25,355 nucleotides of DNA from a candidate division WOR-3 bacterium (lineage in GTDB: Bacteria; Hydrothermota; Tepidihabitantia; Tepidihabitantales; CAIPLT01): the NCBI GenBank assembly GCA_965649215.1, contig CBFGJZ010000004.1, positions 73,061 to 98,415 of the forward strand, read 5' to 3'. Below the pieces are notes generated by a model. It made no database searches, had not been told where the DNA came from, and was given only the letters and a program-made list of their open reading frames with translations. This document shows, piece after piece, positions 18,136-25,355 of this stretch; position 1 is the stretch's first letter; each line of letters starts with the position of its first letter. The position numbers were made by a program, and so were the translations under genes.

Positions 18136-18720
18136 TTATTTTATACCCAACGCCGTAAACATGCCGATTGCGTGATGGTCGTGATCGTTCAATCGCTCAA
18201 TGCAATATTTTTCCTCAAGCGAATCAACAAATATCATCTTAAATCCTGCTTTTAAGCACCATTGAATAACATCATTACGGTCAAAACCTAACCATAGATC
18301 GTGTTCATTTTGTTGTAATGCTGTGCACGCATGCTTATCTAAATCAACTATCACTAATCGTCCTTCGGGTTTTAGTATCCGTTGCATTTCACGAATTGCG
18401 AGGGGTGGTTGTTCACTATGATGTAAAATCATATTTGCAAAAACATAATCAGCATAAGCATCATCAATTGGAATATTATGTGGCTCACCAATACAACCTG
18501 AAAAATTACAGAAATTTCCCCATCTTTTCTTGATCTCTTCAAGCGTACTCATTGAGCGATCAACTGTAATTGTGTTTAAACCATTTTGAATTAAACTATT
18601 TAATAAGATTCCACTATCGGCACCGATGTTAACTGCTGTTTTGCCCACGACAATATCGGCTAATGCTAATGCACTATCACAAATCTTTTCAAGACTTACT
18701 CCATGATGATGATAATTCAT
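18136..18720 (-). CDS. Class I SAM-dependent methyltransferase homologue (UbiE/Methyltransf_11-like), motif I degenerate
   Basis: Motifs AVNIGADSG, VDRS, IPIDD..ADYVFANMILHH...P..AIREMQRILKPEGRLVIVDLD, HDLWLGFDR. SD GAGG upstream. Confidence 0.8.
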   Translation of the reverse strand: MNYHHHGVSLEKICDSALALADIVVGKTAVNIGADSGILLNSLIQNGLNTITVDRSMSTLEEIKKRWGNFCNFSGCIGEPHNIPIDDAYADYVFANMILHHSEQPPLAIREMQRILKPEGRLVIVDLDKHACTALQQNEHDLWLGFDRNDVIQWCLKAGFKMIFVDSLEEKYCIERLNDHDHHAIGMFTALGIK

Positions 18721-18856
18721 ACTAAACCTCTATCATTTAATTTTTTGTTTATGGAAATTTAAGAATCCTTCTCTAATTATTGATAACCCTTTATTTGTTA
18801 TCCCTATACCCATACCGATTCCTTTATTACTATTATCGGTAATTCGTTATCAATAA

Positions 18857-18884
18857 AATATAAACTAAAAAAATAAAATGTCAA
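18857..18884 (-). promoter_or_regulatory. sigma70-type promoter giving a ~130-nt leader to the methyltransferase
   Basis: TTGACA (18884-18879), 16 nt, TATATT (18862-18857). Confidence 0.55.
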
Positions 18885-18892
18885 GGGTTTAA

Positions 18893-20023
18893 TTAAATTA
18901 ATAGAGCCAAACCAATTGCGGCTATTAAACCCAGAATTCCCCCAAAATAAAATGGTGCCGATGCTCCTATTAAAGACCAAAGCATACCTGCAATTATTGA
19001 TGCTGGTAATAAACCAACACCAATTAAAGTTGCATGTAAACCAATTAAAGTACCTCTTAACTCAATGGGTGCAATATCTGAAATATATGCTTTCTCAATA
19101 CCTTCTGTAAAAGCGCTATAAAATCCGTAGATCCCAAATAAAACCCAGATCAATGATGCTCTATTGATTACAGCAAAACCCAAATAAATAACTGCATAAA
19201 TTAAATAGCCAATAATCAATATTTTTTTACGCCCAATTTTATCCGAAAGGCGGCCGATTGGAAAAGATAAAATACCATAAATTAAATTATAAAACAGATA
19301 TATTAATAATACCGATGTTATTGATAATCCAAGTGATTTAGCTCGGAGAATTAAAAATTGGTTAGAAGAATTACCCAAGGCAAAGATAAAAACAACAATT
19401 AAAAACCAGCGTAATTTTTTACTTAATTGTCGCCAACTTAATTTTAATTGATTAGAAGCGACTTTGATTGACTTTATTTTATCCCGCGCCCAAAAGAGCA
19501 CTAAGACTCCTAACAAGGCAGGAATAATCGAAAATAAAAAAACCCGATTATAATTTGTGATATTAGATTTAATCAATAAATAAGCAAAAATAACCCCGAT
19601 CGCTGCGCCCAAGGTATCTAAAGTACGATGTAAACCATATGCCCGTCCTCGTCTGTCTTGCGCAGTGCTATCTGCAATTAAAGCATCACGCGGTGCGGTA
19701 CGAATTCCTTTACCAAAACGATCGATGAGTCTCGCAAAAAATACCAACCCCCAACTTTGAGCTAAGTATAAAAACAATTTACCGACTGTCGAAGCACTAT
19801 AACCAATAATCGCTAATGGTTTTCGTTTTCTAATTCGATCGGAAAAATAACCTGAGAAAACTTTTAATAAACTGGCTGTGCTCTCGGCAATACCTTCAAT
19901 TAAACCAAGCACTGCTGGTGAAGCACCAAGACTACTTAAGAAAAAGGGAATGAGTGGATAGACCATTTCGGTTGAAATATCGGTCAAAAGACTAGCAATA
20001 CCAAGAATTATAACATTAAACAT
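18893..20023 (-). CDS. Major facilitator superfamily transporter
   Basis: About 12 TM helices. MFS motif A in both halves (GYFSDRIRKRK, GRLSDKIGRKK). Also DR.GKGIRTAPRDALI..RGRAYGLHR.LD. Confidence 0.92.
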   Translation of the reverse strand: MFNVIILGIASLLTDISTEMVYPLIPFFLSSLGASPAVLGLIEGIAESTASLLKVFSGYFSDRIRKRKPLAIIGYSASTVGKLFLYLAQSWGLVFFARLIDRFGKGIRTAPRDALIADSTAQDRRGRAYGLHRTLDTLGAAIGVIFAYLLIKSNITNYNRVFLFSIIPALLGVLVLFWARDKIKSIKVASNQLKLSWRQLSKKLRWFLIVVFIFALGNSSNQFLILRAKSLGLSITSVLLIYLFYNLIYGILSFPIGRLSDKIGRKKILIIGYLIYAVIYLGFAVINRASLIWVLFGIYGFYSAFTEGIEKAYISDIAPIELRGTLIGLHATLIGVGLLPASIIAGMLWSLIGASAPFYFGGILGLIAAIGLALLI

Positions 20024-20027
20024 AACT

Positions 20028-22040
20028 TTATCTTATTTTAACAACCTTTTCAACAAAAGTTTTGTGTCCACTTTCAATCCTAATAAAATAAATTCCTGGT
20101 CCCAATACTTGACCTTGCTGGTTCTTGCTATCCCAAACAAGAACGTTGTTTTTATTTGTAATTTGTTTTTGAAAAGTGCGAACTAAACAACCCGCTTGAT
20201 TATAAATAAAAACTGAAACTTTCTGATTTGCCTTGTAATTAAAATCAATTTTTATCTGATTTGGAAAGGGATTGGGGTAGATTTTATACAAGGGCTGACT
20301 GCTATTATCACTGCAGAATTCTTCAATACCTAAATAAGTCCTTTTGAGTACCCAGTTATAAGGATCGATAACCATATTTGTTGGATTAGCGGTTAAAACA
20401 AAAGTATCTATCTGAGGATTATTATTAATTTGGATCGTTAATAAGGTATCGAAATCATTTCCACTCAAATGCACTTGTAATGGCATATGAAATATCGCAG
20501 GTGCTAAACTACCATTATTTTGGCTAATCCGCGTAATTACCCGATATTGATTAATTGTGGTATCTAAATTACTAAACCAATTATAGTAATACTTGGGATA
20601 ACCTGCCTGATAAATCCATTCATTAAAAAACCAATCCAAATCCAGTCCTGAAATCTGTTCGTGAATTCTCTTGTAATCTTCAGTGGAAGCGTTGCCATAT
20701 TGGAATGAATCTCGATAAACCCGCATTGCTCGGAAAAAATTACCAGCGCTATCTGTTGTATCACCAACAATATATCTTAACATATGCTGAACCCAAGATG
20801 CCTTGCAATAAGTATGTCCCCAAGTAAAGAGATTATTAATCGGTTGATTATAAAGAGGTACACGATAAGTTTGATCTTCTTGAAAATAACTATTAGCACG
20901 GCTGATCATTGTATTTATAAACTGACTATGTCCTGCTTGATGACGCAGGTATAAAGCATCAGAATAAGTTGCAAAACCTTCATTAAGCCAAATCTCGCGC
21001 CAAGTAAAACAAGTGATCATATCACCCCACCACATATGTGCCAGTTCGTGCGCGATTCCATTATCATTACCATTAAGCCAACTGCGATGAATCATAGTTA
21101 GAGTTTGGTTTTCCATACCACCCCATTGAAATGGATAGACCGCATTCATCCCATATTTTTCAAATGGATAAGCACCATACATATTAGTGTCCGCAAAAAA
21201 CTCAATCATATCTAAAACATTTTGAAAGGCAGTATGCGAGCGAGTTGAATCAACTCGCCAAATATAATATTTGATTTCAAATGAATCATTAGCCGACACT
21301 CGATACCAATGACTCCAAGTGCTATAAATTGAAACCGTAAAGGTCATCAGATAAGTACTAATTGGATAGTGGTGTCGCCAAAAAAATGTCTTCCAACCAT
21401 TATTTATCTTGACGCTATCTAATAAACCATTTGAACACGCAATAAAAGAATCGGGTACGGTAATATAAATCTCACAGCCATCTTCAGATTTATCCCAATT
21501 CTCATCAAAACAAGCAAACCAATAACGGGAATCAATCGGTTCGGTTGTGGTGTACATTATCGCTGGATAATTACCACGGGGATAATAATAAACACCTAAA
21601 TTACTTAAATCGGCATTGCGATGAAAATAAATATCAACTTGGCAAGTTTCATCAATATTAAAGGGTCGGTCTAAAGTGATATTCAATCGGTTATTGCTGG
21701 TGGAAAAAATTAAATTATTGCTCATTCTTTTAACAGAATCACAGACCAAATTGGCAAAGTCTAAAGTAAAACTGTCAAAATTGGCTTGCTTTGGTAGAAT
21801 TTTAATTCTTTCTCGGCAACTATATGCACCTGAAGTCATCGGAATTGTAAGATTCAATTGGTAATGTCTCACATCAAAACTGTGGCTTGATTCGGCTCTG
21901 GTCGAATTCATAAAATTTTCATAACGGTGAGGATTGATAATAAATTTATGTTCCGGAAAAAATATTAATTTATCTGGTTCAATTTGATATCCATAACTTA
22001 AACCAATTATCCATATAAAAAACAAAAGAAATTTTTTCAT
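20028..22040 (-). CDS. Exported M1 family aminopeptidase with T9SS/FlgD-type C-terminal domain
   Basis: Signal peptide, GGMEN, HELAH-x18-E (WLNEGFATY), catalytic Tyr in YCKA..HMLR. C-terminus IYPNPF..IYNQAG.LV..WD..GIYFIRI..KVVKIR. Confidence 0.92.
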   Translation of the reverse strand: MKKFLLFFIWIIGLSYGYQIEPDKLIFFPEHKFIINPHRYENFMNSTRAESSHSFDVRHYQLNLTIPMTSGAYSCRERIKILPKQANFDSFTLDFANLVCDSVKRMSNNLIFSTSNNRLNITLDRPFNIDETCQVDIYFHRNADLSNLGVYYYPRGNYPAIMYTTTEPIDSRYWFACFDENWDKSEDGCEIYITVPDSFIACSNGLLDSVKINNGWKTFFWRHHYPISTYLMTFTVSIYSTWSHWYRVSANDSFEIKYYIWRVDSTRSHTAFQNVLDMIEFFADTNMYGAYPFEKYGMNAVYPFQWGGMENQTLTMIHRSWLNGNDNGIAHELAHMWWGDMITCFTWREIWLNEGFATYSDALYLRHQAGHSQFINTMISRANSYFQEDQTYRVPLYNQPINNLFTWGHTYCKASWVQHMLRYIVGDTTDSAGNFFRAMRVYRDSFQYGNASTEDYKRIHEQISGLDLDWFFNEWIYQAGYPKYYYNWFSNLDTTINQYRVITRISQNNGSLAPAIFHMPLQVHLSGNDFDTLLTIQINNNPQIDTFVLTANPTNMVIDPYNWVLKRTYLGIEEFCSDNSSQPLYKIYPNPFPNQIKIDFNYKANQKVSVFIYNQAGCLVRTFQKQITNKNNVLVWDSKNQQGQVLGPGIYFIRIESGHKTFVEKVVKIR

Positions 22041-22117
22041 TCGCCCTTCTTTCTGCTTCTTTAACTAACTAATTTGTAAGTAATTAAAGATTTACAAATT
22101 TACTATTTTAATTACTC

Positions 22118-23122
22118 TTACTTAGCTATATTCTTTTCTTTCAGTAACAATTCTGCAATCTGGACTGCGTTCGTTGCTGCACCTTTCCGCAAATTATCAG
22201 TTCCTAACCATAAAACAATTCCATTATCAAAAGCATTATCTTTACGAATCCGACCGACATAAACATGATCCGTATTTTCAATATTTACCGGCATTGGATA
22301 AGCTTCATCATCCGTCACTACTAAACCTGCTGTTTTCAATGTTTTCTTGACTTTGGAGATATCAACCGCTTGAGAAAATTCAATATTTACTGCTTCACAG
22401 TGGCCTATTTTACAAGGCACGCGGACGCAGGTGGCACTAATTGGCAATTGTGGTAGTTGTAATATTTTCCGAGTCTCTTCAATAACTTTTCGCTCTTCAC
22501 TGCTATAACCATCTTTATCAAACTTACCAATCTGAGGTATCAGATTTGCGGCAATTGGTGCTGAAAAAACCGCTTCTTTATCTTTGCTAATTTTATCACC
22601 ATAGGCTAAAACTTCGATTTCATATAAATACTCGTCAATCGCATTACGACCCGCACCCGAAACTGATTGATAAGTACTGACAATAACTCTTTTTAATCCA
22701 AAACTTTGATGCAATGGTGCTAAAACCATTACTAAGGGGATTGTTGTGCAGTTTGGATTCGCAATCAAGTTTTTATGCTCTTTCACTTGATGTCCATTAA
22801 CTTCTGGAACGATTAACGGCACCTCTTTATCTAACCGATAGGCTGATGATTTATCAATCACGATACACTCTTTTCGGGCAATCGGAATCCATTCTTTTGC
22901 TAATTTATCATCTAACGCAAAAAATACCAAATCCAGATTCTTAAAATAATCTTTACTTAGCGATTTAACTTCAATCTCTTCACCCTTAAAGCTAATTTTC
23001 TGACCTGCTGATTTCTCTGATGAAAAGAGCATTAGTTGATTGATCGGGAAATTACGTTCTTCTAAAATTGCTAATAATTTTTCGCCAACTAAACCGGTTG
23101 CACCCACAATACCAACATTCAT
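22118..23122 (-). CDS. asd: Aspartate-semialdehyde dehydrogenase
   Basis: Motifs GIVGATGLVG, IDKSSAYR..VPLIVPEVN, catalytic ANPNCTT, STYQSVSGAG, ATCVRVP...H, DNLRKGAATNAVQIAE. Confidence 0.96.
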   Translation of the reverse strand: MNVGIVGATGLVGEKLLAILEERNFPINQLMLFSSEKSAGQKISFKGEEIEVKSLSKDYFKNLDLVFFALDDKLAKEWIPIARKECIVIDKSSAYRLDKEVPLIVPEVNGHQVKEHKNLIANPNCTTIPLVMVLAPLHQSFGLKRVIVSTYQSVSGAGRNAIDEYLYEIEVLAYGDKISKDKEAVFSAPIAANLIPQIGKFDKDGYSSEERKVIEETRKILQLPQLPISATCVRVPCKIGHCEAVNIEFSQAVDISKVKKTLKTAGLVVTDDEAYPMPVNIENTDHVYVGRIRKDNAFDNGIVLWLGTDNLRKGAATNAVQIAELLLKEKNIAK

Positions 23123-23129
23123 AACAAAT

Positions 23130-23158
23130 ATTTTATCTTGCTATAATATACTTGTCAA
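23130..23158 (-). promoter_or_regulatory. sigma70-type promoter of asd operon, leaderless geometry
   Basis: TTGACA (23158-23153), 17 nt, TAAAAT (23135-23130), 7 nt, ATG. Confidence 0.8.
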
Positions 23159-23188
23159 TTATCTTTATTGGCGCAATCAAATCCTTTC

Positions 23189-23216
23189 TTGACATTTAGG
23201 TTTGATTCTCTACAAT
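23189..23216 (+). promoter_or_regulatory. sigma70-type promoter of HAD gene, leaderless geometry
   Basis: TTGACA (23189-23194), 16 nt, TACAAT (23211-23216), 7 nt, ATG at 23224. Confidence 0.75.
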
Positions 23217-23223
23217 TAAATTA

Positions 23224-24021
23224 ATGAAAAAACCGAAACCCCTTAAAAAATATCTCTTTGTCTCGGATTTTGACGAAACGATTTCCTTAGATGATTCTGG
23301 CGTTTTAATTTCGCAAATGATTGACATTAAACCCGAAACTTTTTTTGCTAAAGTCAAAGAAATTCAAAAACGCAACATTGTTCAATTTGGCGGAGAACTC
23401 GCTTATCTTTTAATTACCGACCCAGCATATAAAAATCGGGTTACTAAAGACATCTTAATCAAAGTCGGTTCCGTCATTCGTTTGCGTAAAAATGTCAAAG
23501 AACTCTTTGAAGTATTAGAGCGTGGTATAAAAGATATTAAGTTTGTCAGTTATGTCTTATCTGCTTGTCCTCGTCTCTTAATTGAAAAGTCCTTAGAAGA
23601 AGTTCTCCCTAAAAATCGTATTATTGGCACCGACTTTATTTTTGATGAAAAAGGACATATTATTGATATTGAAAAAACCGCTGCTGGTCAAGGTAAAGTA
23701 ACTTACATTGACTGTTTGATTGAAAAAGAACATATTCCGCGTGAACAGGTGATCTATGTTGGTGATGGTTCGTCTGACCTACATGTTATGTTGCATGTCA
23801 ATGTCTATGGCGGTTTTACGATTGCCGTTTCACCATCTCCCTATTTAGGTCATATTTCAAGACGAACCGTCCTGTCTGATAACGCACTTTCAGTATTAGC
23901 ACCGATTTTAGAAAATTGCTTAGGTTACAATCAAACTCAAATTAAAGAGTTTTTTAATGACATTGGCCATCCGATTTATAAATGGAATCGAGCTCAGACC
24001 GAATGGCTCACGATTGAATAA
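23224..24021 (+). CDS. HAD-superfamily hydrolase (phosphoserine-phosphatase-like)
   Basis: Motif I SDFDET, motif II VLS, motif III K in GQGK, motif IV YVGDGSSD. Confidence 0.85.
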   Translation: MKKPKPLKKYLFVSDFDETISLDDSGVLISQMIDIKPETFFAKVKEIQKRNIVQFGGELAYLLITDPAYKNRVTKDILIKVGSVIRLRKNVKELFEVLERGIKDIKFVSYVLSACPRLLIEKSLEEVLPKNRIIGTDFIFDEKGHIIDIEKTAAGQGKVTYIDCLIEKEHIPREQVIYVGDGSSDLHVMLHVNVYGGFTIAVSPSPYLGHISRRTVLSDNALSVLAPILENCLGYNQTQIKEFFNDIGHPIYKWNRAQTEWLTIE

Positions 24022-24373
24022 ACTTACAATGTCATTGTCATCATCTCATATCTACGGTTCGTAATATTTAATATTCAGTCTATCCTCACCCTCTTTCTCA
24101 TTTCTGATCTTAAACATCACATGTCCTCACCCCTCTCTTACTCTTTATGGACTTAGAACTATCTTTACCAATCTCTCCTTGAAATATATGAGGATACGAA
24201 TTGCTGCTCCCTAATTTACAAATTTTATGTGCCCTATTAATAACCCCTAAATCATTAACTTATTCTGACTCCAAATGAACCTTCCCAGTTGAAGGAGGGT
24301 ATACCTCCCCTACTCACACACACTTCTAACGTAATAATATGATAATTAAATAGTTAGAGAATAAATTAACTCT

Positions 24374-24402
24374 AAAAAAATGTTACAACCTTGTAACATT
24401 TT
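24374..24402 (-). terminator. Probable intrinsic terminator of the thyX-lipoprotein operon
   Basis: Perfect inverted repeat AAAATGTTACAA-CC-TTGTAACATTTT (24377-24402). On the minus strand the stem is followed by T7 and lies about 27 nt after the lipoprotein stop. Confidence 0.55.
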
Positions 24403-24429
24403 CGCAGATATTAAGCAAGCTTTTATTGA

Positions 24430-25071
24430 TTACAAACAACGCCTTTTACCACACCGAAAATAAAAAGTTCTTCTAAAATCGTGTGTGCTATTGATTACTA
24501 AATCCTCCACTAATGGTCCATAAGCACGTTCAGGGTCTTTGGCATCAAACATAAAACGCCCATTGGCAAAACTAATATGACCAATCTCTTGACGATCTTG
24601 GGCAGAACCGGTCCAAACTGTTGCTCCGCTTTCAGTTTCAATTAATCTTGCAACTAAAGTCGCTTCGACAACTCCCCTCACACCAACAAACGAAAAGCCT
24701 GGCGCAATATGCACCTCGGGTTGAATATCCGAGATATTAATTTCACCAATAATAATACTTTTAAGGTTATATTTCTCACCAATTGCTTTATAAGCATCAA
24801 TATTAAGAGTCGATTTTTGCACCTCTGACAAAACCTTTGTCTCGTTTCCTAATTCAATAATCCGAATCAACTTTTGGTCACGCGTAATCTCTTCAATAAA
24901 TTTCTGCGTCACATAAGCATCTAAATTACCACCTTCAGAACACTTAAACTTAATAATACCAATGGTCTGATATTCGGAAAGATTAATTTTTGGTGGCACC
25001 ACCACGCGAGTACAACTACTTACAATAAACCCGCTACAAACAACTAACCAAACTATTTTCGCTAATTTCAT
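24430..25071 (-). CDS. Lipoprotein, CsgG/TolB-N-like fold, function unknown
   Basis: Lipobox VSSC at residue 20. Pattern IGII.F..IGEKY..IIIGEI..ARLIETESGATVW. SD GAGGAG upstream. Confidence 0.7.
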   Translation of the reverse strand: MKLAKIVWLVVCSGFIVSSCTRVVVPPKINLSEYQTIGIIKFKCSEGGNLDAYVTQKFIEEITRDQKLIRIIELGNETKVLSEVQKSTLNIDAYKAIGEKYNLKSIIIGEINISDIQPEVHIAPGFSFVGVRGVVEATLVARLIETESGATVWTGSAQDRQEIGHISFANGRFMFDAKDPERAYGPLVEDLVINSTHDFRRTFYFRCGKRRCL

Positions 25072-25074
25072 AAT

Positions 25075-25353
25075 TTACTCCTCTACTTTTGATTTATAAA
25101 AATATTTATCGTATATCTCTTGGTATTGGTCTTTGCCTGAGCAGAACAAAGACGATAATGGCAATTTAGTTTTGGCTTGCTTGACCATTTCGCTAACTAA
25201 CTCTCGAATATCCCATTGGGCAGTCTGATCCATTCTTAAGCGCGCAATATGATACAATTCCCTAAGATTAGTTGTTAATAAAACTCGTCGTCGATGAGCT
25301 TGGGTTAATATATACGGAGCAATTTGAGGCATCTTTTTATAAATCTTATCATA
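25075..25353 (-). CDS. thyX: FAD-dependent thymidylate synthase, C-terminal part (runs off the right edge)
   Basis: Frame is open from the edge: YDKIYKKMPQIAPYILTQAHRRRVLLTTNLRELYHIARLRMDQTAQWDIR. This matches the ThyX N.R...H...LR....AQW(D/E)IR motif. Confidence 0.85.
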   Translation of the reverse strand, partial: YDKIYKKMPQIAPYILTQAHRRRVLLTTNLRELYHIARLRMDQTAQWDIRELVSEMVKQAKTKLPLSSLFCSGKDQYQEIYDKYFYKSKVEE

Positions 25354-25355
25354 TG

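Noticed and set aside
18721..18856. SAM-I riboswitch upstream of the methyltransferase
   Set aside because: The conserved SAM-I core (AUC-start P1, kink-turn and GCAACC elements) is not present. Kept only as an unclassified structure.
634..21864. Numerous 60-140 aa ORFs in the ORF track overlapping larger genes (e.g. 4908-5228, 6778-7200, 11523-11933, 13354-13677, 14430-14735)
   Set aside because: They are antisense or alternate-frame shadows of well-supported CDSs with no recognisable motifs.
25075..25332. Standalone 85-aa protein as listed in the ORF track
   Set aside because: The frame is open to the window edge, and the sequence is the C-terminus of ThyX.

Overview
AT-rich, gene-dense chromosomal segment of a diderm bacterium. 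Three T9SS/FlgD-type C-terminal domains, an archaemetzincin, PKD/YVTN lipoproteins and ThyX suggest an FCB-related lineage such as candidate phylum WOR-3; this is inference and was not tested. Contents from left to right: 5' part of gyrB, a PilG/H/I-like ABC cassette, dciA (DUF721), recF, ddl, a large exported multi-propeller protein, a PKD-YVTN lipoprotein, a lamin-tail protein, a catalytically degenerate archaemetzincin, DUF2007, ppdK, a double transglutaminase-domain protein, a degenerate methyltransferase, an MFS transporter, an exported M1 aminopeptidase, asd, a HAD hydrolase, a lipoprotein and the 3' end of thyX. I found no RNA genes, CRISPR array, transposase or integrase. The clearest unexplained signal is regulatory. 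Near-consensus sigma70 promoters sit only 5-7 nt upstream of the ATG at five to six operon heads, which implies widespread leaderless mRNAs, while Shine-Dalgarno motifs occur mainly on exported-protein genes. Other notable items are a probable pseudo-peptidase (HEXXH replaced by HTLGR), a pilin-less pilGHI-like cassette splitting recF-dciA from gyrB, and a leader with alternative base pairings upstream of the methyltransferase.
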